The translations under genes were made by a program, and so were the position numbers. Of a stretch of DNA of 24,000 bases, positions 8,282 through 15,968 are shown piece after piece. The notes under the pieces are model-generated. The model saw only the letters and a program-made list of their open reading frames with translations. It was not told the DNA's origin and did not search any database. The stretch spans positions 72,449 through 96,448 of the forward strand of contig CAVVES010000026.1 of NCBI GenBank assembly GCA_963747225.1, written 5' to 3'. The DNA comes from an uncultured beta proteobacterium (GTDB lineage Bacteria > Pseudomonadota > Gammaproteobacteria > Burkholderiales > JAEUMW01). How positions within the stretch are numbered: position 1 is the stretch's first letter; each line of letters starts with the position of its first letter.

Positions 8282-9040
8282 ATGTTTGCAGGATTTGGAC
8301 TGGGCGGCATTGTTATCATCGTCGTTATCATCATCTTCGCCTCGCTGCGGGTACTGCGGGAATACGAGCGCGGCGTGGTATTCCAACTTGGTCGCTTCTG
8401 GAAGGTGAAGGGCCCGGGCCTGATTCTGATCATCCCCGGCATCCAGCAGATGGTGCGGGTGGACTTGCGGACGGTCACGATGGATGTGCCGAGCCAGGAC
8501 GTGATCTCGCGCGACAACGTGTCGGTGAAGGTGAACGCGGTGCTCTATTTCCGCGTGGTGGACCCGCAGAAGGCGATCATCAACGTGGAGAACTATCTCC
8601 TCGCCACGAGTCAGCTCGCGCAGACGATGCTGCGTTCCATCCTCGGCAAGCACGAGCTCGACGACATGCTCGCCGAGCGAGAGAAACTGAATCTCGCGAT
8701 CCAGAAGGCGCTCGATGCGCAGACCGACAGCTGGGGCATCAAGGTGGCGAACGTCGAGATCAAGAACGTCGACTTGAACGAGAACATGGTGCGGGCCATC
8801 GCGAAGCAGGCGGAGGCGGAGCGGGAGCGGCGCGCCAAGGTCATCCACGCCGAAGGCGAGCTGCAGGCGTCGGAGAAGCTCGCGCAGGCCGCAGAAGTGC
8901 TCGCTCGCGTGCCCTCGTCGCTGCAACTGCGCTACCTGGAAACGCTCACTACGATCGCTGCGGACAAGAACTCGACCATCGTCTTCCCGCTGCCGATCGA
9001 TCTGATCTCGACTCTGCTGAAGGGCCACAAGGAAGGCTGA
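8282..9040 (+). CDS. SPFH/band-7 (stomatin/slipin-like) membrane protein (252 aa)
   Basis: N-terminal TM then [17 protein letters not shown]...[36 protein letters not shown], followed by an Ala/Glu-rich coiled region. GAGGAG SD 7 nt upstream. Confidence 0.92.
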   Translation: MFAGFGLGGIVIIVVIIIFASLRVLREYERGVVFQLGRFWKVKGPGLILIIPGIQQMVRVDLRTVTMDVPSQDVISRDNVSVKVNAVLYFRVVDPQKAIINVENYLLATSQLAQTMLRSILGKHELDDMLAEREKLNLAIQKALDAQTDSWGIKVANVEIKNVDLNENMVRAIAKQAEAERERRAKVIHAEGELQASEKLAQAAEVLARVPSSLQLRYLETLTTIAADKNSTIVFPLPIDLISTLLKGHKEG

Positions 9041-9235
9041 CCGACCCTGACGCGCGTCGGACTTCAAAGCTTACTTCGGCGCGCGCCCCTCCGGCACCAC
9101 TTTGACTGCTCGCTCCCATTCAATTCCCAAGACTACGGAGCCTGATAGCAGCGGTTTCGTTCAACTGATCTTATCTGCCATGCTGGCGCACGACAGATAC
9201 GACCTGTTCGTTAAGCGTCAGAAAAAGTCTCGATC

Positions 9236-10101
9236 GTGACCTCACTAACCAGCACGCTGGATCCATCTCTTCGAGACCTGGCGGAGGCTATATCCGACTT
9301 TCGCAATGCTTCATTTCAGTCCTGCGAGAGTGTGCTGTCGCGTCTCTTGCACATCGTGGACGAAGAACCGCTCGCCGGCTTCCTTGGCGCCGTCTTGCCA
9401 GTTGTCGACTTTGACTCTTGGTATGCAAAGGCCAAGGAAACTATTAGATCAATGGTTGGGTCTGGCGTTCTCACATGGCCAGCCGAGCGGCCAGCACGGG
9501 TGGCGATGCAAATTGCGTTATGTCGCGCAATTGCGGGTGAACGCGTCCGCGGCAGTGCTCGTCGGAAAGTACATCGCCGTCGTCGACTCAGCGGCCTGGC
9601 CAGCCAGCGGCTGCAACCCAAACTCCTGAGCAACGCGCAGAAGCCGAGCGAGCCCGGGCTGAGCAGGAAGCCCGATCTCTTGGGCTCAAGTGGCGTTACG
9701 ACGAGTCTTCAGAGCAGATGGGACGAGGAACCGTCAAGCAGGCGCAAGTGAATTCGCTCAACGAAGTTAACTTCGACTTTCCGTACCGTGGCAATCAACG
9801 CGGAACCCTTACGCTACGCATCCATCCCAAGTACGGCAAGGACGTCATGCTCTCTATCGACAAGGGCCAGTTCCTTTGCGGCATCGACGACTGCACTGTC
9901 TCGGTTCGCTTCGACGAAGGCAAGGCACAGAACTTCTCTGCCGTCGGACCCTCGGATCACAGCACGACAACTTTGTTCATCCGAGGCTACGATCGCTTCG
10001 TCGCTGCCACGAAGAAGGCGAAGCATGTGTACATCGAGGCTCAGTTCTTTCAGCAAGGAACTCGCGTCTTCGAGTTTGATGTCGCGGATCTCAAGTGGTA
10101 G
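9236..10101 (+). pseudogene. disrupted gene of unknown family: N-terminal part in one frame, C-terminal beta-rich domain in another
   Basis: ORF 9236-9751 looks protein-like for about 100 aa, then turns Arg-rich. The frame of ORF 9718-10101 is open back to 9541 (…QPAAATQTPEQRAEAERARAEQEARSLGLKWRYDESSEQM…) with no in-frame start and no SD before the ATG at 9718. This implies at least one frameshift near 9541-9600. Confidence 0.4.
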
Positions 10102-10254
10102 CAGTCGAACCCGAACCCCTCGCATATGGACTCCCCCGCGAAGGAAAAGATTGATCGACAGTGGTGGCAAAACGAGGGTGACCACGCAGTCGTACACCCG
10201 CATCGTCTGTGGGCTCTGAGTGGCCGGTCCCGTAATACACTCTGGAGGAATCTC

Positions 10255-10634
10255 ATGAGAGCCGTCGTCATCGGCCAATCGTCGGGTGCCACCAGGGATG
10301 CGACCATGGCGGTCTATCCGCGCGACAAGGCGATCGTGGACAAATTCGTCGCGCGGGGTGTCGTCTGGGCAAAGGGCCGTTTTCCGATGGACGAAACATG
10401 GCCATTTTCAAGACGCGAGCGGAAGCGGAGGCCTTTTCGCTTGAGGACCCGTTCATGCTCGAGGGGTTGGTGAAATCGTTTGTGATCAAGGATTGGGCGA
10501 TTCGCTGCTGCCGGAGTGAGACGGCAGTTATCCGAATCCAACCAGCCACCCAAGTCCAGTCTTCTATCCGGGGCGGTTTTTGCCCTAGAGGTCAAGTGCA
10601 AAAGAGAACTTGCTCTCGGCACTTGTTGCACTGA
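10255..10634 (+). pseudogene. YciI-like (YCII/DGPF superfamily) protein gene with a 1-nt frameshift
   Basis: GGAGG SD 6 nt before the ATG at 10255. First half MRAVVIGQSSGATRDATMAVYPRDKAIVDKFVARGVV. The continuation GKGPFSDGRNMAIFKTRAEAEAFSLEDPFMLEGLVKSFVIKDW is in the -1 frame from about 10365. The family-like part ends near 10502, but the frame stays open to 10634. Confidence 0.5.
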
Positions 10635-10765
10635 TCCGCCGAATCGACAGCGTGTAGTGCTGAGCCGTCGCCAATCAAGACGGGATGCGGGCCCGACCCT
10701 TGCGTTGGAGCGCGCGGCCTGCGGCCTGTGTCGGCCGCTCATCGCGAACGCTTAAGCCCTCTCAC

Positions 10766-11311
10766 ATGCGCATCGAAGGCACTCTGGCAAAGTGGAACGA
10801 CGACCGCGGCTTCGGATTTATCAAGGCGACCCATGGTGGCCCCGAAGTCTTCGTCCACATCTCCGTGTTTCCAAGGGATGGAAGTCGCCCCAGAATCGGA
10901 GAGCGACTTACCTTCGAAATTGAAATCGACAACGGGGGAAGGAAGCGGGCAAAGAATCTTGTGTGCTCCGACCGCCAGTGCGCTTACACCCCACGGAGCA
11001 CTGCTTCTCATCACCGCCCTGAGAGAAAGAGTTTCCTTGCTCGCATCGCTCCCCTTGCTGTCTTCCTGTTGATCGTCTACGGATACAGTCAATACTCCCG
11101 CCGCGGCGCTCCCCAGGAATCTGCGGTTGCACAGCCGATCGATCAGGCAAGCTTTTCGTCACCCTTTCGCTGCGACGGTCGCACCTCTTGCGGACAAATG
11201 TCGTCCTGCGCCGAAGCCACGTTCTTCCTGCAGAACTGCCCCAACGTCAAGATGGATGGCAATCACGACGGTGTACCTTGCGAACAACAATGGTGCAGCT
11301 CTCGACGCTAA
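10766..11311 (+). CDS. cold-shock domain / TM helix / Excalibur calcium-binding domain fusion protein (181 aa)
   Basis: N-terminus MRIEGTLAKWNDDRGFGFIK...VFVHISVF (CSD RNP motifs). Hydrophobic helix IAPLAVFLLIVYGY. C-terminal Cys-rich CDGRTSCGQMSSCAEATFFLQNCPNVKMDGNHDGVPCEQQWC (Excalibur DxDxDGxxCE-like). Start moved to the ATG at 10766. Confidence 0.8.
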   Translation: MRIEGTLAKWNDDRGFGFIKATHGGPEVFVHISVFPRDGSRPRIGERLTFEIEIDNGGRKRAKNLVCSDRQCAYTPRSTASHHRPERKSFLARIAPLAVFLLIVYGYSQYSRRGAPQESAVAQPIDQASFSSPFRCDGRTSCGQMSSCAEATFFLQNCPNVKMDGNHDGVPCEQQWCSSRR

Positions 11312-11641
11312 GTGACGTTGACGCCGATTGGGCATAGGTCCATACCTGCCTCGTACTGCCGCATCCGCCGAACAAATCTGCTACGCTCCCGTCGAAGGAT
11401 CAGGAGTGCCGTAACTTCCCCCAAAGGAGAAGAAGGGCGCGGGGGAAGCTGAAGGATGGTTCCACGTTGACTAAAGCCTTACCGATATACGCCGAAACGC
11501 ACGGGGTGCGTCTCTCAGAGGTGGCCTCCTGAGACTCATGATGGCAGGCTGGGTACATGTAGTTGTCGGCCCAACCAGCTTCCTGTTGGGATTCCTAATT
11601 ACAGAGGTTATTTCCCGATTGTCTGAAATCAGAAGGAGGAT

Positions 11642-11872
11642 ATGCATATGATCAAGAAGGCAGTCATATCAAGTGGGATCAAGCCGTGGTCATGTGTCAG
11701 AAGATCTGCCGAACGTTTCATCACGTTTCTGGGGCCCCACCTTCCTTCCGGGCGCAGCCCGCTGACGAGCTTGCGAAATCAAGCGAAAAGGAACCTGAGA
11801 ATGATGTTGCGCGTCTCGGAATTTCAAAGAAGATGGATTAAACCATGTAGCCTATCCGGAGCATCGCGATGA
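11642..11872 (+). CDS. small basic hypothetical protein (76 aa)
   Basis: Very strong SD AAGGAGGA (11633-11640) directly upstream of the ATG at 11642. Its stop overlaps the ADH start in an ATGA (11869-11872). AT-richer than its neighbours; no family recognised. Confidence 0.4.
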   Translation: MHMIKKAVISSGIKPWSCVRRSAERFITFLGPHLPSGRSPLTSLRNQAKRNLRMMLRVSEFQRRWIKPCSLSGASR

Positions 11873-12879
11873 CCCTAATCGACGCATGGGTCGCCACAGC
11901 GGCCGGGCAGAAACTGGTACGTCAGCAGATCGACCTCGGGCCCCTCGGGTCCGAAGACGTGGAAGTGCAGGTCGAACATTGCGGGCTGTGTCACTCCGAT
12001 GTCTCGGTCCTGAACAACGAATGGGGCTTTTCGAGCTACCCGGCGGTGTTGGGGCACGAAGCGGTCGGTCGCGTGATGGCGGTCGGCGCGGCGGTCAAGG
12101 GCATCATGGTTGGCCAGCGCGTGGGCATCGGCTGGAATGCCGCGAGCTGCATGCATTGCCGGCAATGCATATCCGGCGACCAGCACCTATGCGCGCAGGT
12201 GCAGCCGACCATCGTGGGCCATCGCGGCGGATTCGCCGGCCGCGCGCGCGCGCACTGGGCGTGGGCGGTCCCGCTTCCGGACGAGCTCGATGTCGCCGAA
12301 GCCGGACCGCTCCTGTGCGGTGGCATCACGGTCTTCAATCCGCTTGCGATGTACGCGAAACCCACAGACCGTGTTGGCATCGTCGGTATCGGTGGCCTGG
12401 GTCACATGGGCGTGAAGTTCGCCGCCGCATACGGCTGCGAGGTGACCGCGTTCACCTCCAGCGAGGGGAAGTTCGACGAGGCGCGCGGCTTCGGCGCGCA
12501 CCATGTGGTTTCGAGCCGCGATTCGGACGCGATCAAGAAGCTGGCTGGCACGCTGGATCTGTTGATCGTGACAGTGAACGTCCCGCTCGACTGGGCTGCA
12601 TTGGTCGCGGCCCTCGCTCCGAACGGCCGGCTGCATGTCGTCGGTGCGGTGCTGGAGCCGATTCCGGTCGGCGCCTTTTCGCTGATCGGTGGTCAGAAGA
12701 GCGTTTCTGGTTCGCCGACCGGGTCGCCCGTGGCGATCGGAACCATGCTCGACTTTGCTGCGCGGCACGGCGTTACCCCGCAGACCGAGCATCTGCCGAT
12801 GAGCCGGATCAACGAGGCATTCGAGCGGCTGAAGGCAGGCAAGGCGCGATACCGCATCGTGCTCGACGCGGATTTCTAG
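11869..12879 (+). CDS. Zn-dependent NAD(P)-alcohol dehydrogenase, cinnamyl-ADH/YahK-like (336 aa)
   Basis: Catalytic zinc motif CGLCHSD...GHE, structural-zinc Cys cluster CMHCRQCISGDQHLC, and Rossmann GIVGIGGLGHMGVKFA. Confidence 0.92.
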   Translation: MTLIDAWVATAAGQKLVRQQIDLGPLGSEDVEVQVEHCGLCHSDVSVLNNEWGFSSYPAVLGHEAVGRVMAVGAAVKGIMVGQRVGIGWNAASCMHCRQCISGDQHLCAQVQPTIVGHRGGFAGRARAHWAWAVPLPDELDVAEAGPLLCGGITVFNPLAMYAKPTDRVGIVGIGGLGHMGVKFAAAYGCEVTAFTSSEGKFDEARGFGAHHVVSSRDSDAIKKLAGTLDLLIVTVNVPLDWAALVAALAPNGRLHVVGAVLEPIPVGAFSLIGGQKSVSGSPTGSPVAIGTMLDFAARHGVTPQTEHLPMSRINEAFERLKAGKARYRIVLDADF

Positions 12880-12905
12880 ATTCGCGCCCGCGGCGTGGCG
12901 AGCCG

Positions 12906-13409
12906 ATGAAACCGGTGCTGCGCGTCTTCTCGCTCCTGCACGGCGTTCTGGCCGTGCTGTTCGCTCTCGCGTCGGTAATGCTGGTTGCCATCGGCACGAA
13001 AATCGGATGGCATGCGCTCGCCGATGGCCTGACCCGCGCAGCGGCGCAGGAGATCATCGAAGCGATCGGACTTCTCACGGCTGCCGTGGTTGCGCTGCAG
13101 ATTGCGCAGACCATCGCCGAGGAAGAGGTCGTTCGCACGGCGCACGTGAGCGGACCGACGCGGGTCCGGCGATTTCTTTCACGCTTCCTGGTTGTCGTCG
13201 TGGTGGCGCTGACCATCGAAGGTCTGGTCGCCACCTTTCGCGGCGCTCACGAAGACACCGCGGAACTGCTGTACGCCGCGCTGCTGATCTTTGCGGTAGG
13301 GGTACTGCTGGCTGGCTGGGGCGTATTCGTCCGCCTCAATTGCGCCGCGGAAGAGCTCGAGCCGGAAGCGATGGAAGACGCAAAACGCGAAGACCAGAAG
13401 CTCGAGTAG
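12906..13409 (+). CDS. hypothetical integral membrane protein (167 aa, about 4 TM helices)
   Basis: This is the 3' part of the long track ORF 11886-13409. Only the region from the ATG at 12906 (MKPVLRVFSLLHGVLAVLFALASVMLVAIG...) has membrane-protein composition; the upstream part is out-of-frame ADH sequence. Confidence 0.7.
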   Translation: MKPVLRVFSLLHGVLAVLFALASVMLVAIGTKIGWHALADGLTRAAAQEIIEAIGLLTAAVVALQIAQTIAEEEVVRTAHVSGPTRVRRFLSRFLVVVVVALTIEGLVATFRGAHEDTAELLYAALLIFAVGVLLAGWGVFVRLNCAAEELEPEAMEDAKREDQKLE

Positions 13410-13412
13410 GCG

Positions 13413-13441
13413 GGACGCCGGACGCTTTCGTCCGGTCGTCC
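13413..13441. terminator. GC-rich hairpin between convergent genes (possible bidirectional terminator)
   Basis: GGACG-CCGGACG CTTT CGTCCGG-T-CGTCC: 12 bp stem with one bulge and a 4-nt loop, in the 36-bp gap between the membrane protein stop (13409) and the htpX stop (13446). No clear U-tract. Confidence 0.4.
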
Positions 13442-13445
13442 GTCA

Positions 13446-14315
13446 TCATTTGCCGAGTGCCTGCAACGCGGCGATGCGCTGCTCGACCGGCGGATGCGTG
13501 GAGAAGAGAGCCATCCATCCCGGGCGGTCGTTGATGCCCATCGCGCGGACCGTGTCCGGCAGCTGACCCGGGTCCATGCCGCCCAGACGGGCGAGAGCGC
13601 GGATCATCGGTTGCGAACCGTTGTACTCGGCGGAGCCGCGGTCGGCGCGGAACTCCCGCTGCCGCGAGAACCAGGCGACGATGACCGACGCGAGCAGTCC
13701 GAACACGATCTGACACACGATTACCGTGATGAAGTATCCCGGCCCGATGCCGCGTTCGGTGCGGAATACGGCCCGGTCGACGATCGACCCGACAATCCTC
13801 GAAAGGAACACGACGAACGTGTTGACGACTCCCTGAAGCAGCGCCATTGTGACCATGTCGCCGTTCGCGACGTGCGCGACCTCGTGCGCGAGTACCGCCT
13901 CGACCTCTTCCTGATTCATGGAGTTCAGCAGACCGGTCGAAACGGCGACCAGGGCGGAGTTCTTGAACGCACCGGTGGCGAAGGCATTCGGCTCGCCTTC
14001 GTAGATCGCGACCTCGGGCATGCCGACGCCGGCCTTCTGCGCGAGTCTATGCACGGTCTCGACGAGCCAGCGCTGGGTTGTCCCTTCGGAGCCGTCGATC
14101 ACCTGCGCGCCCGTCGACCATTTGGCCATCGGCTTCGATATGAGGAGCGAGATGATGGCACCAGCGAAGCCGACGACCGCAGAGAAGGCGAGCAGCGGTC
14201 CGAGAGGCATGCCTTGCTGCCACATCACCTGATCGAGGCCGAGCAACTTGAGGACGATCGTAATCACCGCCAGTACGGCGATGTTGGTGAGCAGGAAGAG
14301 GGCAATGCGCTTCAT
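13446..14315 (-). CDS. htpX: membrane zinc metalloprotease HtpX (289 aa)
   Basis: [22 protein letters not shown]-terminus, HEXXH ([12 protein letters not shown]), and C-terminal [16 protein letters not shown] 5 nt upstream of the ATG at 14315; the ORF-track N-terminal extension is rejected. Confidence 0.93.
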   Translation of the reverse strand: MKRIALFLLTNIAVLAVITIVLKLLGLDQVMWQQGMPLGPLLAFSAVVGFAGAIISLLISKPMAKWSTGAQVIDGSEGTTQRWLVETVHRLAQKAGVGMPEVAIYEGEPNAFATGAFKNSALVAVSTGLLNSMNQEEVEAVLAHEVAHVANGDMVTMALLQGVVNTFVVFLSRIVGSIVDRAVFRTERGIGPGYFITVIVCQIVFGLLASVIVAWFSRQREFRADRGSAEYNGSQPMIRALARLGGMDPGQLPDTVRAMGINDRPGWMALFSTHPPVEQRIAALQALGK

Positions 14316-14469
14316 GGGGCCTCCTGGGGGTCCGGAGTGGCGTGAAGTCTCGATTGTACCCGTGAGCCGCGCTTGCCGCTCCGTGCCGATCGCGACGTTC
14401 ACGAAAGGATACCCAAGATCGGTGAAGTGTCGGTAGCATTGACCGTAACGTCCTTCGCGGGAGGGAATC

Positions 14470-14844
14470 ATGCAAGGCACACTTCAGAACTACCAAGGGT
14501 CGTGTCACTGTGGTGCGGTCGGCTTCGAAGTAAAATCCACGTTGAGCCCGTCGTTGCGCTGCAATTGCAGCCTCTGCCGCAGGAAAGGAACGATCATCGC
14601 GCCGGTACTCGCAGAGAATTTTCGACTGCTCCGCGGCGAGGAGCAACTCGCGCTTTACCAGTTCAACATGAACGTGGCCAAGCACTACTTCTGCAAGGTG
14701 TGCGGCATTCACGTCTTTCATCGCCCCCGCATGGCTCCGGACACCTATCGCGTCAACGTTGCATGTCTGGAGGGCGTCGATCCATTTTCCCTGAAGCTCG
14801 ACCTGAATGACGGCGCTTCGTTTTCGACAGTCAGCTCAGAGTAG
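14470..14844 (+). CDS. GFA/CENP-V family (glutathione-dependent formaldehyde-activating enzyme-like) protein (124 aa)
   Basis: Cys motifs [22 protein letters not shown] and FCKVCG. GGGAGGGA SD upstream. Confidence 0.88.
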   Translation: MQGTLQNYQGSCHCGAVGFEVKSTLSPSLRCNCSLCRRKGTIIAPVLAENFRLLRGEEQLALYQFNMNVAKHYFCKVCGIHVFHRPRMAPDTYRVNVACLEGVDPFSLKLDLNDGASFSTVSSE

Positions 14845-14909
14845 TGGCACTAGCGGCGACCAGCCGGTGGGGACCACGGCAACGCTCTTGTATGCGCCGG
14901 TCGTGCTGG

Positions 14910-15137
14910 TTACTCAGGCGTTACACCGGCGGCCTTGACGACCTTGCCCCATTCCTCCATCTGTTCCTTGATGTACGCAGCGAACTGCTCCGGACTGCTG
15001 CCGATCACATCCACACCCTGGGCAGCGAACTTCTGTTTCACGTCAGGCATATTGAGAATCTTCACGATCTCTGCGTTGAGCTTGGTGATGATCGGCTTCG
15101 GCGTCCCGCCCGGCGCAGCTCGTGGAGCCAGTAAATA
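14910..15137 (-). pseudogene. orphan C-terminal fragment (about 75 codons) of a Bug/TctC-family periplasmic solute-binding protein
   Basis: Minus-strand frame not listed in the ORF track: YLLAPRAAPGGTPKPIITKLNAEIVKILNMPDVKQKFAAQGVDVIGSSPEQFAAYIKEQMEEWGKVVKAAGVTPE*. This matches the conserved Bug/TctC C-terminus pattern (APAGTPxxIxxKLNxE...P(D/E)VxxxLxxxGxxxxxSTPEEFAAxIKxExxKWxKVVK). There is no start codon or N-terminal domain; the frame closes at a TAA about 15225. Confidence 0.55.
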
Positions 15138-15199
15138 CGGCGATCGGGGTGGTGCAACGGTGACGCGCCGATGGCCATAGCGATTCGGAGCGTGCCTTG

Positions 15200-15781
15200 A
15201 TGGGGGAATACCGCCTCGTTACGGCGTGGCATCTCGACACGCTGGTCGCGCAGGTCTGGGACGCGCTCGTCGCGGTGGAGCAGTGGCCGCGCTGGTGGCG
15301 CTTTCTTGAATCGGTCGCGGAACTCGAGCCCGGCGACGCGGATGGCGTCGGTGCTCTTCGGCGCTACGTCTGGTCGAGCCGGCTGCCCTATCGACTCGCG
15401 TTCGAGATGCGCACCACCGTGGTCGAGCGATACGCATTGATGGAAGCGGTCGCAACGGGCGAGCTGAACGGGGTGGGACGCTGGCGACTCAGCACGAGCG
15501 GAGAAACCACGCGCGTGCGATATGAGTGGACTGTTGCCACAGCAAAGCGCTGGATGAATGTTCTGGCCCCGATTCTCGCACCGGTCTTTCGGTGGAATCA
15601 CGATCAGGTCATGGCTGAAGGGGGCCGCGGACTTGCACGACATCTCGGAGTGAGGTTGATCGCTAATCTGGGTTCTTCCGATACCGAAGCGCCAACTCTC
15701 GCGAGGGAATCCCGCAACGACAGCGCTGCACCATCTCGAAGCGGATCGGGGTCGCATCGCACGCCTATGATGCGGCTCTGA
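15200..15781 (+). CDS. SRPBCC (polyketide-cyclase/START-like) family protein (193 aa)
   Basis: Pattern VWDALVAVEQWPRWWRFLESVAELEPGDADGVGALRRYVWSSRLPYRLAFEM...GELNGVGRWRL...TRVRYEW, typical of Polyketide_cyc2/SRPBCC proteins. About 45 aa low-complexity tail. Confidence 0.8.
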   Translation: MGEYRLVTAWHLDTLVAQVWDALVAVEQWPRWWRFLESVAELEPGDADGVGALRRYVWSSRLPYRLAFEMRTTVVERYALMEAVATGELNGVGRWRLSTSGETTRVRYEWTVATAKRWMNVLAPILAPVFRWNHDQVMAEGGRGLARHLGVRLIANLGSSDTEAPTLARESRNDSAAPSRSGSGSHRTPMMRL

Positions 15782-15830
15782 GATTTGTCGATGGATTTCC
15801 TGCGCCAAGCATCGCTTGCATAACGCAAAA

Positions 15831-15850
15831 CGGAGGACTTCGCGCCTCCG
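15831..15850. terminator. hairpin flanked by A-run/T-poor sequence downstream of the SRPBCC gene
   Basis: CGGAGG-ACTTCGCG-CCTCCG, preceded by CAAAA on the plus strand (so a TTTTG run follows it on the minus strand). Orientation is ambiguous. Confidence 0.3.
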
Positions 15851-15968
15851 GTCTTGCTGGTATGTGGCTTGCCTACTATGCTTCCGCTCTTTGCACCAAT
15901 CCCGAGCCGCATCAAGCGAGCATCAGTTTGTTTCGCTGCCCCCGCAGTTCCCTCACTGGAAATCCATC

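Noticed and set aside
7014-9067. Long minus-strand ORFs (7014-8282, 7979-9067) opposite nfeD and the SPFH gene
   Set aside because: Same GC-driven artefact: His/Arg/Asp-rich, non-protein-like translations, and the plus-strand genes are clear.
11466-11560. TTGACT hexamer and two adjacent small hairpins (ACGCAC-GGG-GTGCGT; GTCTC…GAGAC) in the 330-bp ORF-free gap
   Set aside because: No -10 element lies at a workable spacing from TTGACT (only 13 nt to TATACG). The hairpins are short, imperfect and lack U-tracts. This is insufficient to call a promoter, terminator or sRNA.
12240-12255. Run of alternating GC dinucleotides inside the ADH gene
   Set aside because: It simply encodes Arg-Ala-Arg-Ala in a very GC-rich gene. 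There is no evidence of separate function.
11886-12905. First two-thirds of the 507-aa track ORF 11886-13409
   Set aside because: This is an out-of-frame read-through of the ADH gene (an Arg/Gly-rich translation). Only the part from the ATG at 12906 onward looks like a real membrane protein.
14353-14358. TACAAT -10-like hexamer 38 nt upstream of htpX; a sigma32-type heat-shock promoter was also looked for
   Set aside because: No acceptable -35 (sigma70) or CTTGAAA/CCCCAT pair (sigma32) was found at the right spacing.
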